Source: Laetmonice hystrix
Lineage: Eukaryota
Direction of reading: 5' to 3'
DNA length: 64,000 bases
Assembly: GCA_965235115.1 (NCBI GenBank)
Contig: OZ249441.1
Location: forward strand, 5,146,001 to 5,210,000
Under the pieces are notes generated by a model, which did no database searches, was not told the DNA's origin, and saw only the letters and a program-made list of their open reading frames with translations. The translations under genes and the position numbers were made by a program. Every line of letters begins with the position of its first letter. Position 1 is the stretch's first letter. Positions 1 through 13,562 of this stretch are shown in pieces.

Positions 1-16
1 CTGGATGTGTTTTTAG

Positions 17-84
17 GTGATAGCCCGTCGTACGGAGGAGTCAGGAAAGGTCAGGGTTCTACTACAGTGGACACCAAGGGACAT
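17..84 (+). CDS. Candidate internal exon of a gene entering from the left (GDSPSYGGVRKGQGSTTVDTKGH)
   Basis: Acceptor tgtttttag at 15-16, open frame (phase 1 to 0), donor CAT|gtaagt at 84/85. No homology recognised. Confidence 0.35.
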
Positions 85-1525
85 GTAAGTACCACCATCG
101 TGATCACATAATCTTACTAGAGTCACAGAGATAGAGGAAATAAAAATTTATCTAACAGTCAATAATAGCTTTACAGAAAACGTTCTTTATTCAATAACGC
201 TTTATGAATTTGGTCAAATATGGACTGATAGAAAGTCATATGATGCATTGGGTTCAGCAGAGCATGCAGTAATCCTATATGACAGGTTTCTTTGACGATT
301 GTAAAGACTCGCGTGCGAGTTACATCCTGGGATATAAGTATGCTATAATCGTAATTAGGACAAACCTAACGGAGGCTAATGAGATTGAAGACAAAGACTG
401 GGGTTAAAGCTGGTAAATTAATATAGATGTCTCCAACCATCTAAGACGGTGGAGAGGGAAAAACGACCTAATCTGAGGCATACCCTGAATATGCTGAGTT
501 GTAGAGTGGAGGAATGGGGCTGAGTATGACAATTTCCCAGGACTCGGCTCCGTGACTTTATATAGGTTATTTCCCCTATTGAAGGTAGGGTTAGGGACAG
601 TTCCAGGGGTAGACATAGAGGTGAGGCTTCTGAGGGTTTTTTTTTTTTTTTGGGGGGGGGGGGGGTTCTTGCGACCGGGACTAGGGGTAAGGATTAGGTT
701 TGGGACAAGATATTTTAGATCTTATCCCAAAATGTTGTGGAGATATCCTTAAGGGACATCTGCCAGGAACAGTTATACAAAACTCCTTCAAGCAATGATA
801 GGCCCCCTGGCTGTGACCTAGTTTAACAACACTGGATCAGCTGTGACCTAGTTATGGAGCACTGGTCACACCAGAGGTAAACACTGGGGACACAAGAACA
901 CGCGTAACTGACCATAAGGTCATTGCGTACAATGAGGTCACACCTGAATAGCTGCAGGGGTCATTGAGAACCTTTTGGCAAGACGTTTTGTGGCAACACT
1001 TAGCCTAGCCCTGTGACCTACTTCCACAGTCACACCAGGTATAGCATGAGTCAATAGTGAAAGCCTTGACAGTCCTCAAAGCAAGCCAATGTTTCCTTAG
1101 ACAATTAAATAGTAGGATTGGTGGTATTGAATTAGATTTGGTATTAGATGGTATTGAAATTGATGCAACATTTCCTTATATTTTCAATGGATCAGCAGAT
1201 AGCCATTAAATATCAGGGCTTGAGAAGAAAATCGAGGGTTTTGATTTAAAATACGAGAGTTTCAGCTTAGGGGCATGATTGGGGTAGAGAGATGGGACGC
1301 TATCTAGTTGTTTCCTCTGGGTCCTTGTCATTGTTCATAGTTTTTTCAATAGTGTGTTATAATGGCAAATTGTTGGCGACAGTTTAACAGTTTATGACGT
1401 TAGGGTTGTAGATGATCGGATTAGTGGTGCATGGTTGTTAGCTATTCAGTGTGTGAGGGTGGCATGGGGGAGGAGGAATGTTGACTAGATGTAGGGAAGT
1501 GCTCTGTATTTGCCGCTAATGTCAC

Positions 1526-2298
1526 TGTCTGTCTCGATGTTTGCTGCTCGTGTCTGAGTCTGTCTCTATGTTTGCAGTCTGTGTCTGAGTCTGTCTCTAT
1601 GTTTACAACCCATGTCCTGAGTCTGTCTCGATGTTTGCAGCCTGTGTCTGAGTCTGTCTTTATGTTTACAACCCATTTCCTGAGTCTGCCTCGATGTTTG
1701 CAGCCTGTGTCTGAGTCTGTCTCTATGTTTACAACCCATGTCCTGAGTCTGCCTCGATGTTTGCAGCCTGTGTCTGAGTCTGTCTCTATGTTTACAACCC
1801 ATGTCCTGAGTCTCCCTCGATGTTTGCAGCCTGTGTCTGAGTCTGTCTTTATGTTTACAACCCATTTCCTGAGTCTGCCTCGATGTTTGCAGCCTGTGTC
1901 TGAGTCTGTCTCTATGTTTACAACCCATGTCCTGAGTCTGTCTCGATGTTTGCAGCCTGTGTCTGAGTCTGTCTCTATGTTTACAACCCATGTCCTGAGT
2001 CTGTCTCGATGTTTGCAGCCTGTGTCTGAGTCTGTCTCTATGTTTACAACCCATGTCCTGAGTCTGTCTCGATGTTTGCAGCCTGTGTCTGAGTCTGTCT
2101 CTATGTTTACAACCCATGTCTTGAGTCTGTCTCTATGTTTGCAGCCTGTGTCTGAGTCTGTCTCTATGTTTGCAGCCTGTGTCTGAGTCTGTCTCTATGT
2201 TTACAACCCATGTCCTGAGTCTGCCTCGATGTTTGCCACTCGTGTTTGAGTCTGCCTCTGTGTTTGCAGTCCATGTCTGAGTCTCTATGTTTGCAGCC
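1526..2298. repeat. 63-bp minisatellite (~12 units), a dimer of diverged 31/32-bp monomers
   Basis: Unit gtctgtctctatgtttacaacccatgtcctga + gtctgtctcgatgtttgcagcctgtgtctga. It produces the 21-aa periodic ORFs at 1566-2352. Confidence 0.95.
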
Positions 2299-2368
2299 GA
2301 GCCTGTCTCGTTTTTTGCCAACAAAGTCTCTGTGCTTTTGCATGCTCTCCAACTAAATCTGTCTTGGT

Positions 2369-2512
2369 GTTAGCAGCCCCTGACTAAGCCTGTCCCAATG
2401 TTAGCAGCCCCTGACTAAGCCTGTCTCAATGTTAGCAGCCCCTGACTAAGGCTGTCTCAATGTTAGCAGCCCCTGACTAAGCCTGTCTCAATGTTAGCAG
2501 CCCCTGACTAAG
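2369..2512. repeat. 31-bp tandem repeat (~4.6 copies)
   Basis: gttagcagcccctgactaagcctgtctcaat begins at 2369, 2400, 2431, 2462 and 2493. Confidence 0.95.
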
Positions 2513-2597
2513 CTGTTTCTGTTTCCTTTTTCAGTGTTCGCAGTTTGCCTTTCTCCATTTTTACAGCCTGCCTGATTAAATCTGTCTCTGTTTGCAG

Positions 2598-2745
2598 CCT
2601 GCCCGACGTATGGGTACCGGAGCACCAGGCATCCCAGCTCCAGCAGCAGTCGATGCCCCTTTCCAGTCTACCTCGAGACGCTGCCGAGCGACTCCACCCT
2701 TCCATCTATGCTAGCCATCGCTACCGAAAACACCGCAGGAAATGA
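2598..2745 (+). CDS. Candidate terminal coding exon (LPDVWVPEHQ...HRYRKHRRK*)
   Basis: Acceptor ctctgtttgcag at 2596-2597, GC-richer open frame to TGA at 2743-2745. A phase 0-to-2 exon linking it to 17-84 was not found. Confidence 0.3.
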
Positions 2746-3714
2746 TCGCCATCACCATCCCGCCCCCACACCCCATGGACCAATCAACCGCCACACCCAC
2801 CACACCTGCCAGACGATTGGTCAACAACAAAGGTCAGAGGTCAAAGAAGACCCCAAAGTGACCAAATGCAAACGCAGCTCTCTTCAGGGATTATGTATCC
2901 ATGGTGCCGGGCCCAGGTGTCCCGGTGCTGGGCAGAGCGCAGGCCAAGCCTGCTGGCCCGGGATCCTGTATATCTAACACTTACCATGCGGGCCATCAGC
3001 CAACTGGCTCAGGTCTGCCCACTCAGGTGCAGCTTTGACATAGGCCACTAAATTAGAACCAAAAAGTCACTCCGAGTTATAATATTTTAGGAACCATATT
3101 GGACGAATCACTGCTGAGCATCACAGCGTGAGAACAGAAAGAGACAGCATTATCAATGTACGTGTCGATAAAGACTCCTGTGTTAGCCACTGGCTCAGTA
3201 TGGACGGACCGATGGCTGGACGAACAGACGGAACCCTCCATCAGTGATAACCTTCACCACTAGGTGGGGTTTTATTACAAGGTACGCCTCATAAAACCTT
3301 CCTGTGAGAGTTACAGTGATTACAAATATCATACACCATTATCACTGCTTACCATGGCAATCGATGACACTCATTACCACACACCATTAATAAGACACCA
3401 CAGCTTGGAGTATCATTGTAGATGGCAGGTATGTAAGGAACATGTTTGGTCTGCGTCAACCTCACAAAGCATTACCTGTATATTATTGCACCTCATGTAT
3501 GCAGATTGTTGTGTATATTTTGTCATATTTTGACAGTATATGCACAGGTGAGGTGTTTGCACACTGACAACAGTTATTCAGTTTATCAGTTTAACCTAGA
3601 GGTAACTTATGGACCGAATCAGGATGACATTCAGGATGACATTCATGTTTCTTTATCTATACTGCCATGGGAATTTGTTTCAGCTTCAAAAACTACGGTA
3701 GTGTTGTCTCTTAC

Positions 3715-3924
3715 CAGATGGCACCATCGTCGAGTGTGGTGGCGTGTCTAACTATACCACAGGTGACACAGGTCATACTGTCGCCATGGAAGCGTACCAA
3801 GTTTAAAGAGGATAGTCTCTGATATCCTAGACTTCTCTGATCCCACACTTTTCCAGTGGAGAGCAGTAGATCTTGTGTAGTCTTCAGTTTTCCACAGTTA
3901 TCTTCATGACTGTGAAGATTTCTG
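3715..3924 (-). CDS. Candidate orphan exon (NLHSHEDNCGK...GDSMTCVTCGIVRHATTLDDGAI)
   Basis: About 68 open codons between a pyrimidine-rich cag acceptor (3922-3927) and a TG|gtaaga donor at 3714. No partner exons established. Confidence 0.2.
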
Positions 3925-4007
3925 CTGCCTCACGGAAACACAAACCAACATGCATACAAGGATAAAGAGAATGCAGTCATTAATGATGTAACAACTTGCG
4001 CTCCCCA

Positions 4008-4131
4008 ACCATCGACAGCACCGTCACAGGGACATATTCCACCATCGACAGCACCGTCACAGGGACATATTCCACCATCGACAGCACCGTCACAGGGACA
4101 TATTCCACCATCGACAGCACCGTCACAGGGA
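4008..4131. repeat. 33-bp tandem repeat (~3.7 copies)
   Basis: ccatcgacagcaccgtcacagggacatattcca repeated; gives the CPCDGAVDGGI periodicity in ORF 3930-4265. Confidence 0.95.
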
Positions 4132-4265
4132 CTTATTCTCAGGAACCACCTTACACTGCTCATTAGATATTTATTTATACCATCAGTCAAATTGGTGAGT
4201 GAGTCGTGAGTACATGCCAGGTTTATTGTAATCAGCAACTCCCTAATGATCATCAAAAAATGCAA

Positions 4266-5434
4266 TACAGTGACACCTAACCAGCTGTTGCTACAGCAGT
4301 GCTAGGGTTTGACCTAACCTGCTGTTGTTGGCCCAGTTCCAGGTACAGTGACACCTAACCAGCTGTTGCTACAGCAGCGCTAGGGTTTGACCTAACCTGC
4401 TGTTGTTGGCCCAGTTCCAGGTACAGTGACACCTAACCAGCTGTTGCTACAGCAGAGCTAGGGTTTGACCTAACCTGCTGTTGTTGGACCAGTTCCAGGT
4501 ACAGTGACACCTAACCAGCTGTTGCTACAGCAGCGCTAGGGTTTGACCTAACCTGCTGTTGTTGGACCAGTTCCTGGTACAGTGACACCTAACCAGCTGT
4601 TGCTACAGCAGCGCTAGGGTTTGACCTAACCTGCTGTTGTTGGACCAGTTCCTGGTACAGTGACACCTAACCAGCTGTTTCTACAGCAGCGCTAGGGTTT
4701 GACCTAACCTGCTGTTGTTGGCCCAGTTCCAGGAACAGTGACACCTAACCAGCTGTTGCTACAGCAGTGCTAGGGTTTGACCTAACCTGCTGTTGTTGGA
4801 CCAGTTCCAGGTACAGTGACACCTAACCAGCTGTTGCTACAGCAGCGCTAGGGTTTGACCTAACCTGCTGTTGTTGGCCCAGTTCCAGGAACAGTGACAC
4901 CTAACAAGCTGTTGCTACAGCAGCGCTAGGGTTTGACCTAACCTGCTGTTGTTGGACCAGTTCCAGGTACAGTGACACCTAACCAGCTGTTGCTACAGCA
5001 GCGCTAGGGTTTGACCTAACCTGCTGTTGTTGGCCCAGTTCCAGGTACAGTGACACCTAACCAGCTGTTGCTACAGCAGCACTAGGGTTTGACCTAACCT
5101 GCTGTTGTTGGACCAGTTCCAGGTACAGTGACACCTAACCAGCTGTTGCTACAGCAGCGCTAGGGTTTGACCTAACCTGCTGTTGTTGGACCAGTTCCAG
5201 GTACAGTGACACCTAACCAGCTGTTGCTACAGCAGCGCTAGGGTTTGACCTAACCTGCTGTTGTTGGACCAGTTCCTGGTACAGTGACACCTAACCAGCT
5301 GTTGCTACAGCAGCGCTAGGGTTTGACCTAACCTGCTGTTGTTGGACCAGTTCCAGGTACAGTGACACCTAACCAGCTGTTGCTACAGCAGCGCTAGGGT
5401 TTGACCTAACCTGCTGTTGTTGGACCAGTTCCAG
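4266..5434. repeat. 78-bp minisatellite, ~15 copies
   Basis: Unit gtacagtgacacctaaccagctgttgctacagcagcgctagggtttgacctaacctgctgttgttggaccagttccag; period 78 (4343 to 4421). Confidence 0.97.
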
Positions 5435-8400
5435 GGGTTTCATCTCGTACCAAGGGTCTGCATCTTAGTTAAACGCACAGGATTCTCCACTGTGGGATGT
5501 ATGGGAACCATTCCTGATCGTTGTTTGAAGTGGTCAGTGTGTGTGATACTAACGAGCCATTGTTTACCATTGAGGATCAGTACTGTACATCTTGTAGGGT
5601 TACAATCAGAACATGATTAGAACATACAAGTTTTGTGCAGCTCGTCAAACGATGTTTTTTAACAGTGTTGAAAGTTAAGAAACATGTCTTTTCTGAAGTG
5701 AAAACGATAAATGAAATTCTGCCTCTGAGTGAGAAGAATGTTCTAATACCGTTGAGGATGGATCCAAAAATATGATATCAAGGCACCTGATGTGATGAAG
5801 CTGGTACTGTTAGCAGTTATATATAAACCTTGAGTGATGCAACTTCTAATAATCAACTGAATGGTATGGAAAGAAAAACAAAAAATCAGGAAAATTGAAA
5901 AAAATACCGTACCATAACACTCATCGTGAATCTGGTGGTCATTATCATCCATTGACACTAGGTGGCGTATCATCTCATTGAAGTCATTACCACGAGATGG
6001 CGCTAGTAGTAACCCTTGACGTATCGTGAATGAGTATGTGCTGGGCAAGAACATCTCCACATCTGTCTTGTTTCTGTATCATTGGCATCAGTCACCGACA
6101 TTGTCAATTTGTCATTACAACTCGTGACAACGTCCAGAGCTGTATACTTGGAACCATCAACATTAAACCTGATCTACCCCGCAAGGTCACACTCTCCGGG
6201 TTTACATTAACACCACCCAAAGAGCCAGGAGGTTGTATCCACAAAGTGCTGTGACATTGAAAACCATATTGCATACCCTTGCTTGGATAGACACATCGAA
6301 TTCTCAACAGGCAGCATTTGATATATCTTTCATCCGACTTGTGCCATGTTTCACCATGTTAGCGCTAGAGGGCGTTGTCAATCACAGCACAGGCAAAGGT
6401 TATGGTTGTAAGATCGTTAGATGTGTGGTCTAGGACGAACTGTTTAATATCTGAAAGGATGCAAGTCGTGTTCAGAAAATCAGGTTTCAGTAATAATCTA
6501 TGTAGTGCGGGCTGAGTTAAGATATGGCGGGATAGTCTGTGCGCTGAAGTTAACAGTGCGTCTCGCAGTGGTTATTGGTGCCAAGGAGACTGACGTGAGG
6601 ATAGTTTATCAGTGTGACAAGGTGTGACATTCATAAGTACAACCTGGACAGGACTGTAATAATATAACGATCAAATTCCCAAAGATATGCAACTGTAGTA
6701 CATGCGATGAAGCAAAAACTAAAAGGATGCGTGGTTATTGTGGAGTGTGTCTTGAGGAAGAATCCATGGCAACAGTTGCCCTAGATGATGCTTTGTTCAT
6801 GTTTTAGTCAGAATTAGGGGGGAACTAAGAAAACTAAGTCTCACATGGACTTTCGAAACAAAGGCAGCAAACTAGTTATGTTTCCTGCGGCAGCTCGCCA
6901 GTGGCTCGCATGGAGCAACGTTTCTTGGATACGGTGATCATATGTCATAGACAGCTACATGAAGGTCGGAGAGGACACCTGTGGGAAGGTAAGCAGAGAG
7001 CAGCCTATACAATGGCTGGGAGGATCACTGCTCGGAACAATCATCGCAGAACGTCATATCTTGAACGTCACGTGGTCACATGACTACAGGTCACGTGATG
7101 GGACTGCTGATAAACGGTGATTGTCTGATTTAGGTTGTGGCTGCTTCATTTCACAGTCACACTTTCTTTTCTTTTTATTTTGTTTTTTTTTGTTTGTTTT
7201 TTGTTTGTTTGAAATCTACATATTTTATTTTCTGGTCCAATTACTGGATACCAGTATCATTCATGCTAACTCTAAAGTTATTGAGTACACAATAAGAAAG
7301 AGGAAAAAGTGGTGTATTTTGGATTAGTGTTTGATTCGAGGTGAGACTTTTTCTACTGTTGGTATCTTGAAGACATTTTTATGTGACACAGGTTTCTCTC
7401 TCAAGAAAGGCACATAGACAATATATCCAGTAGCGGGTTGTACCTGATCTAGTGCCTCGAGCCATTTCACAATGGTCACACTTGTGATACCTGGGTACTA
7501 AAGGCACCCAGGTCTGTGTCCGGTCACCATGGTGACCAGCCAATCGCTGATCTCTTCAGGTTGTCATTAACAACGGGATCCGGTGTGCCAGTGCGCATGT
7601 TCACGTCACAAGCAGTCGTCACAAACAGTGACACAACTTAATGATCTCACTCCCATATCGTCATCACGATCACAACAGACCTAAGTCAGACTTAGAATAA
7701 ACACATGTCTGCAAGCTTTGGATCAACTGGATCAGTCATGTGTACAAGAGACATTCATCCCAGGTGTAGATGCATTTTAGTGCTGTGAGAACTAATTTAT
7801 GACATTTGAGGCTGACCAATCGTAAATAATACATTTCATGAATTATTTTGGCCCAGCCTAGTACCGTCTAGTGCATAGTGGAGGAATACTATCTACAGGA
7901 GTGCAGCCCAAGCCCAAGGGGTTATGGTACAGTGAATCTGCAACTGGAGGAAAGGTGATTCTGATGTAGCATTGTGGTAGATCCACCCCTCCTTAAAGGA
8001 TGTTTTAACCTCAACCCGACTGGTGTTGGAGGAGTGTTTGAGTCGGTAGTGTTGTTCGATGTGTGAGGAGTTTTCCTTTCAGGGAGGTTTGACCCAGGTG
8101 GCAGTGTGGACAGTGGTCACGTGGGCACTGTCCAGATCACGTGATGTCGGTCTGCACCCAATGCTAGGTATGGAGCCCAAGGGCTATTAGCAAGAAATCT
8201 GCATGCACATCCCCAAACATTTAACTGCTTTGATATGACTGAGTATTCTGGGTAGAAATACCGTGAAGTAATTGGTGTAAATGTTAAATTATAACATGTG
8301 GTCTTGGAATTGGAATTGAAAAGAGTAATAGCCTGTAAAATAGCAACTAGTGAGGTTTGTGGATGAGCGCCGCCACATAGTTGAATTGTGGGATTTCATG

Positions 8401-11400
8401 ACAACTGATTTTGCCTTCAAAGGTAAAAAATTATCTCAGGCCGCTACAATGAAGTCAGACCTGATATCAGGTATGATTCAATATGTGAAGTCAGGTGTAA
8501 ATCAAAATATTCATATAAAATCGCCATATTTATATCAGTCAGGTAAACAGTCATACTGTGAGGATGACTATGGGGCAGTTCAGAGCAGGCTGCTTGCCAA
8601 GTAGGATTCAGGAAGTGACGTCATATCTGAGCTCGTGACGTCAGGGTCTAAGCACGAGCCTTCCACCCTTCCATTGCCAAGTCTTCATAGATTTGAAAGC
8701 ATTCTTAGCCATGCATACAAAATGAACAGCAGCAACTAATTACGCAACTGGAGGCTGGGACGGATGCCTCCCAGAATTTGGAGTTCATTATTTATTATTA
8801 TAGACCAAGATGTGACTTTATAATTCTTAAACAAAAAATTGCAGGTTTACACAGTCTAGCTCGGTTCTTGTTAGTGATTTACGTACCGGTAGTCTTGGTA
8901 CGGTGTTGATTGGGTTAATGAAATATTGGTGAATATTCCTTTCCATCCAAAAGATTTGGAAAGAAATTTATTAAATTATTCTCTAAATTATTTGACGCTA
9001 TATTTTATTGATTTTAGTTAATGATTTAGAAACTCGCGCTTTTCAAAAACCTCCAGGTGTTTGTCAACAGAAACCTTAAACCTAAAAATATTTATAACTC
9101 AGAATTGTGTGGATGGATTCTTCGAGCGAATGAAAGAAGTTAAAATGAGAACATAAAGTTAATACCCTTTTCACACTACAAATCGAAGCAACCAAGCCGT
9201 GTTGTAGCATCCACTCCATTCACGCATACATTGGGTGCCAGTGCTCATCATAGAATTCGATTCGTTTCACGCTACAGGTAATACAGTTCTGATGTGCATT
9301 GAATCGCTTCCAATGCACAGTGGACCTCTCATCTGAATGGTACAAATTCTCGAATGCACTTCAGTACAGTGTGAGGTCTAGTGTGAAAAGGTTATTAGTT
9401 TTCAATGACCTGGCAAGTTTAAAGACTTCAATCAAGTCATAAGGTGGAAGATCTACTGAAAGTTGATAGAAAGTATGTTTGAAGTCAGTAGTTACCTACC
9501 CCTGCTCTTGAATTAGGTGTTGACATATAAAAATGCACGGCCAAGTTGTATCCCAGTTTTTAAAAGGAGATTTATGGAGGAGTAGGCCAAGTACTTTACC
9601 TGCATATAACCCGCCTAGTGTTGAAGCGGTTTCTCTGCTAAGGCAATATCTACATACCATTTACCAACACGTGGGTAAATGTGAACTGGATCCATGTCTG
9701 AATGAATTATCATGAGTTAATTAAAACGATGAACCAATGCATTGGTAGTCATGTTACGGACGAGTAGTATATGGCATTGTGCATTTTTATCAGGCGTGTC
9801 TTCATCCTGCTCATCACTATCTCAGGATTTGGTTGGTGTGAGGGTTTGCTTTCTCCCCATTGTACCCCCTTCCTCCGTTTATTAACCTAAGGGTCCTTGA
9901 CATCTTCACCAGAAAGATTGATTGGTCAGTTGAAAGAGTTCTTAATGTTATGTTTTATATATGGGCCGCAGCGATCTTTGTAGATTGGTCATATCTCGGT
10001 GCTTGAGGCAGGTTGTAGATGGTAATTTATCATGAAAACGTTGTTGTATGTCGTATAGAAGTGCAACGAACAAGTTAAAAGTCATGGAAATTTATTATTA
10101 TATCATTTGCCACAGAGATTTGGCGTTGTTTTGCCCCTACAGAGGCAAGATTACCTTTGTGTTTTAACGAACTTTTTTTTTCACTTCACTGAATACTTTT
10201 TTTGCCTTGCTGGTAACAAATTCATAAGTCTTGGCCATAAAGGTGACTGAAGTTGGCGGCTTCTCCCAGTACGTTTACTCTCAACACGTTTTATTTGGAT
10301 CTGTTTGGGGAAACTGCTTTCCTGTGGTTTCCATTTGAGCTGGTACTCGTGTAATCTCAGAGTATGCTTGGTGTTTGGCATTGACGAAAACTGCTTGATG
10401 AACGAAGCAGGGGTATATAGTATATTAAGGAGTTCTTTAAACGGTGAGCGGGGTATCTCTTTAACAAATCTGATTAACGAAAGAAAACACCGGTCAACTA
10501 GGAAAGGAGCCCTTTCAAATTTGGATTTAAATAAAATGCATTAACCCCCATGGAATAGACTATGTAACCTCTGCTGTACGTGGTTTTTATCGGCCAATGT
10601 TGTTCAGAGATCGATCAAGGGTAATACGCACAGTAAATTATCCATTATGTGTTAGTGACGTAAACGGTCCTGAAATGTGTGGAGGACTGATGAATTTGCA
10701 GACTCTCTTTAAAGGTGACAGTTCAATAAATGCTGCAAAAATTTCTAGGAAAACGGTAGGGAAAATGTGCACGCCTATAAAACAGGCCCACTTGCCTTGT
10801 TGAAATGACTGGCCACTATATTTAACTTATTTTCTCATCAATGGACGGAAACCCTTACGGATCTTCCGTTAATGTTATCAGGGCAAAGGGCACAGGGTTC
10901 TCAATGTTGGCTGATAGCTATTTTTTAATACGGGCATGGCAGAGTGTATTGGCCAAACTGTTTCTTCATGGCCCAAGTGGTGATGCTATGAGCGGATCTA
11001 TTTTTCCCCCTGTATTGAGGAGTATAAAAGTTTGTAGGGTGTTGTCTGATCGTATCGGTCAGTGCCGATTTTGGAGCCCTCAAAGGGAGAGCGTTTGGGG
11101 GGAAGGTCTGCAGTTCCTGCTGGCCTTGCTTCCACCCCCAAGTGGTGTGAAGGTCGCAGCGAAGGTCAACGGGGGGAACGCACACACCGTCAGCACATAT
11201 GTAAAGGTTTTCGTACGATGTGAGGTAGAACTTACAGGAATGCCCCAAGATAGCTGTGTAAATGTTGATGTTTTGAAGCACGACTTTGTGGTGTATTATA
11301 AAGATGTGGCAAGCTTTAGCCACTGCGGCGTGTAGTAAGTGTAGTTCGGCCTTATGCCACCAGGGGACTGATTCAGTGCACTGTTGCAATGTGGTAGATT

Positions 11401-13099
11401 TCCTCCCAAACTTATTGCCAAAATCCGCCGAGACCCAGGCAAATCGAAAGAAATCCGGGGACAGATTGTGTATTGTGTGATGAAATAGACAAAGGCCTTT
11501 TGCTGATGTTATAAAAGATGAAACAGAAACTCGATTTACTTTGAAAGTTGCGTTTTGTACATGAAAGATCTCAAACTTGGGTCAATGAACATTTTGTAAT
11601 AGCGCAGTGTCTTGCAGACTAATTGATTAATTTGTATTTTTGAGAAATATGATATAGATAAAAGAAAAGTAAAAGCAGTGTGATGTGGGATAATATGAGA
11701 GGGGAAATATTAATATGAAATGTGAAGTCCCTAATTAAGTACAAAGACGTGTGATGTACAATTAAGGAGAAAAAAAAGAAAGAAAAAAGTCCCCAAGGAA
11801 AGCAACGTAATGCATATCAATAATGCATATTTCTGCTGCTTCGCTTTGTAAAATAATTTGCACAACATTCTTTTATCTTCATTTGGGTCATTGGCTTAGT
11901 TGTGACCGCCTGCTCTGAACAGATGAAGTATAAATCGCTTCCAGTAATGTCTAAGGTACAATGGAAGGGGACCCGCATTGTGTTGTCAATATTTATTATG
12001 CATATTTCCTCGAAAGTAGTGTAAATGTTTTTTGGCGGATGAGTGAAAAATGGCAACAGTGTGCCCACCGTGTGCCACAAGTCTTTGATGAACTATTTAT
12101 ATACGGAGCAATAGGAACACCTGTACAGTAGCAAGTTTTGTACAAAAATAAAGAAAAACACATATTTCGAACAAACATTTGTATTTTGTGTTTAACGGGT
12201 AAGAGAATATATATGGTGGCATTGTAAATCCTTACGTAATATTGGGCACTAAGCACATTCTAAGTGTCTTTTGATACCAGTGTTTTTACTAAAAGAAATG
12301 AGGCGACCCAACGACTTTTAGGCCGACCACCAGGTCATTACTCAACCTTAGCTCTACCAACACCAGTCTCTATACGACCAATTACCCATATCTGCCAAAG
12401 TCCCTGCTTTGGTTAACGATATAAATTTCAGACAATGTATTTTCCAAATTATTGCTTGATTTGCTGAGGTGTCCACATAGGTGGGCATATCCTCCCCAAA
12501 TTTCCTCATGATATCTCAAAAACTCAACGAGTTATGAGTATATCCTTACAACCACCTAAATGAGACACAACCATGCAAGATGTTGCAAAAAATCAGAAGA
12601 AATTCCCATTCCACATGAAAGAGAAGAGGGGCAATCTATCGGATCGTTGTATTAAACTGGAAACCCGACATTTCAGAATCCGATGATGTATGTTTGATTG
12701 ATCTGCTCTTCTAAACTTTTCTAATTCTGAATGGCCCCGTTTTGTATTATAGTGATTCAAGGTTGGTGAACACGATTGTCTTCATTACACAGAGGCCTAT
12801 TATGGCAGTGTTGGGAGGACGCCTTTTAGATGTGCGTATGATTTGTTTTACGCACTGATCTTCCGTACTTAAGATTTAGATATAACTTTATATCCAAGTA
12901 ATGCGGAAATATGATCAACATATACGACCTCCCGAGGCGCCCCCTATCGTGTCTTCATTACACAGAGGCACACTTCGAGACGGAATATCAAAAGAGGCCC
13001 ATTATGGCAGTGTTGGGAGGACCCCTTTTAGATGTGCGTAGGATATAGGCTTAGCAAGCAAAGCAAGCAAATAAGACATAAAGAATTATTAAAAAAGAT

Positions 13100-13105
13100 T
13101 TTATT
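13100..13105 (-). terminator. Candidate polyadenylation signal (AATAAA) of the minus-strand uncharacterised gene
   Basis: tttatt on the plus strand, about 1.15 kb downstream of the stop at 14246. Confidence 0.35.
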
Positions 13106-13562
13106 TTTGGATGAAGTACGGATTGCCTGAGCAGTAAGTTTTTTTTAAAATCAAACAATCAGCATTCTTATCCATGTCCATTGGCATTGAATCAATCAGT
13201 CAGTGTCCACTGTATCCAGAGAAGTCCACACGTCACCATATAATCTGATACAGAGTATTAAATATATTTGTGCAAACTTGGCAAGTCAACGTTGTACACA
13301 ATATCTCTATATAAATATATAAGTACTTTACAAACCACCAACCATGACGTCAGTGCACAAACTTGTTTAAATCGACTCGGATCAGTTAGGTTGTCAGGAG
13401 TGACATTTACTGCGAGTTATATGACACACACGGTGACACCTAATAACCCAAGGAGAATATATTTACAAGGTCACACAAACGCCAACGTTCACACTACTCA
13501 TCCTCCAATTCAACAAGACAATAAATTAGAAAGACAATATGACTTCCGAGTACGGTGTCCAG

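Noticed and set aside
1566-2352. 183-204-aa periodic ORFs on both strands
   Set aside because: They are translations of the 63-bp minisatellite, open because the unit is a multiple of 3; there is no independent coding evidence.
3930-4265. ORF with CPCDGAVDGGI repeats and a hydrophobic tail resembling a GPI signal
   Set aside because: It is driven by a 33-bp repeat, with no supporting splice structure or recognisable domain.
9400-11650. Repeat-poor region with overlapping 150-165-aa ORFs, considered as a decayed retroelement or viral insert
   Set aside because: I could not identify RT, integrase or transposase motifs by eye; a translated search is needed before any call.
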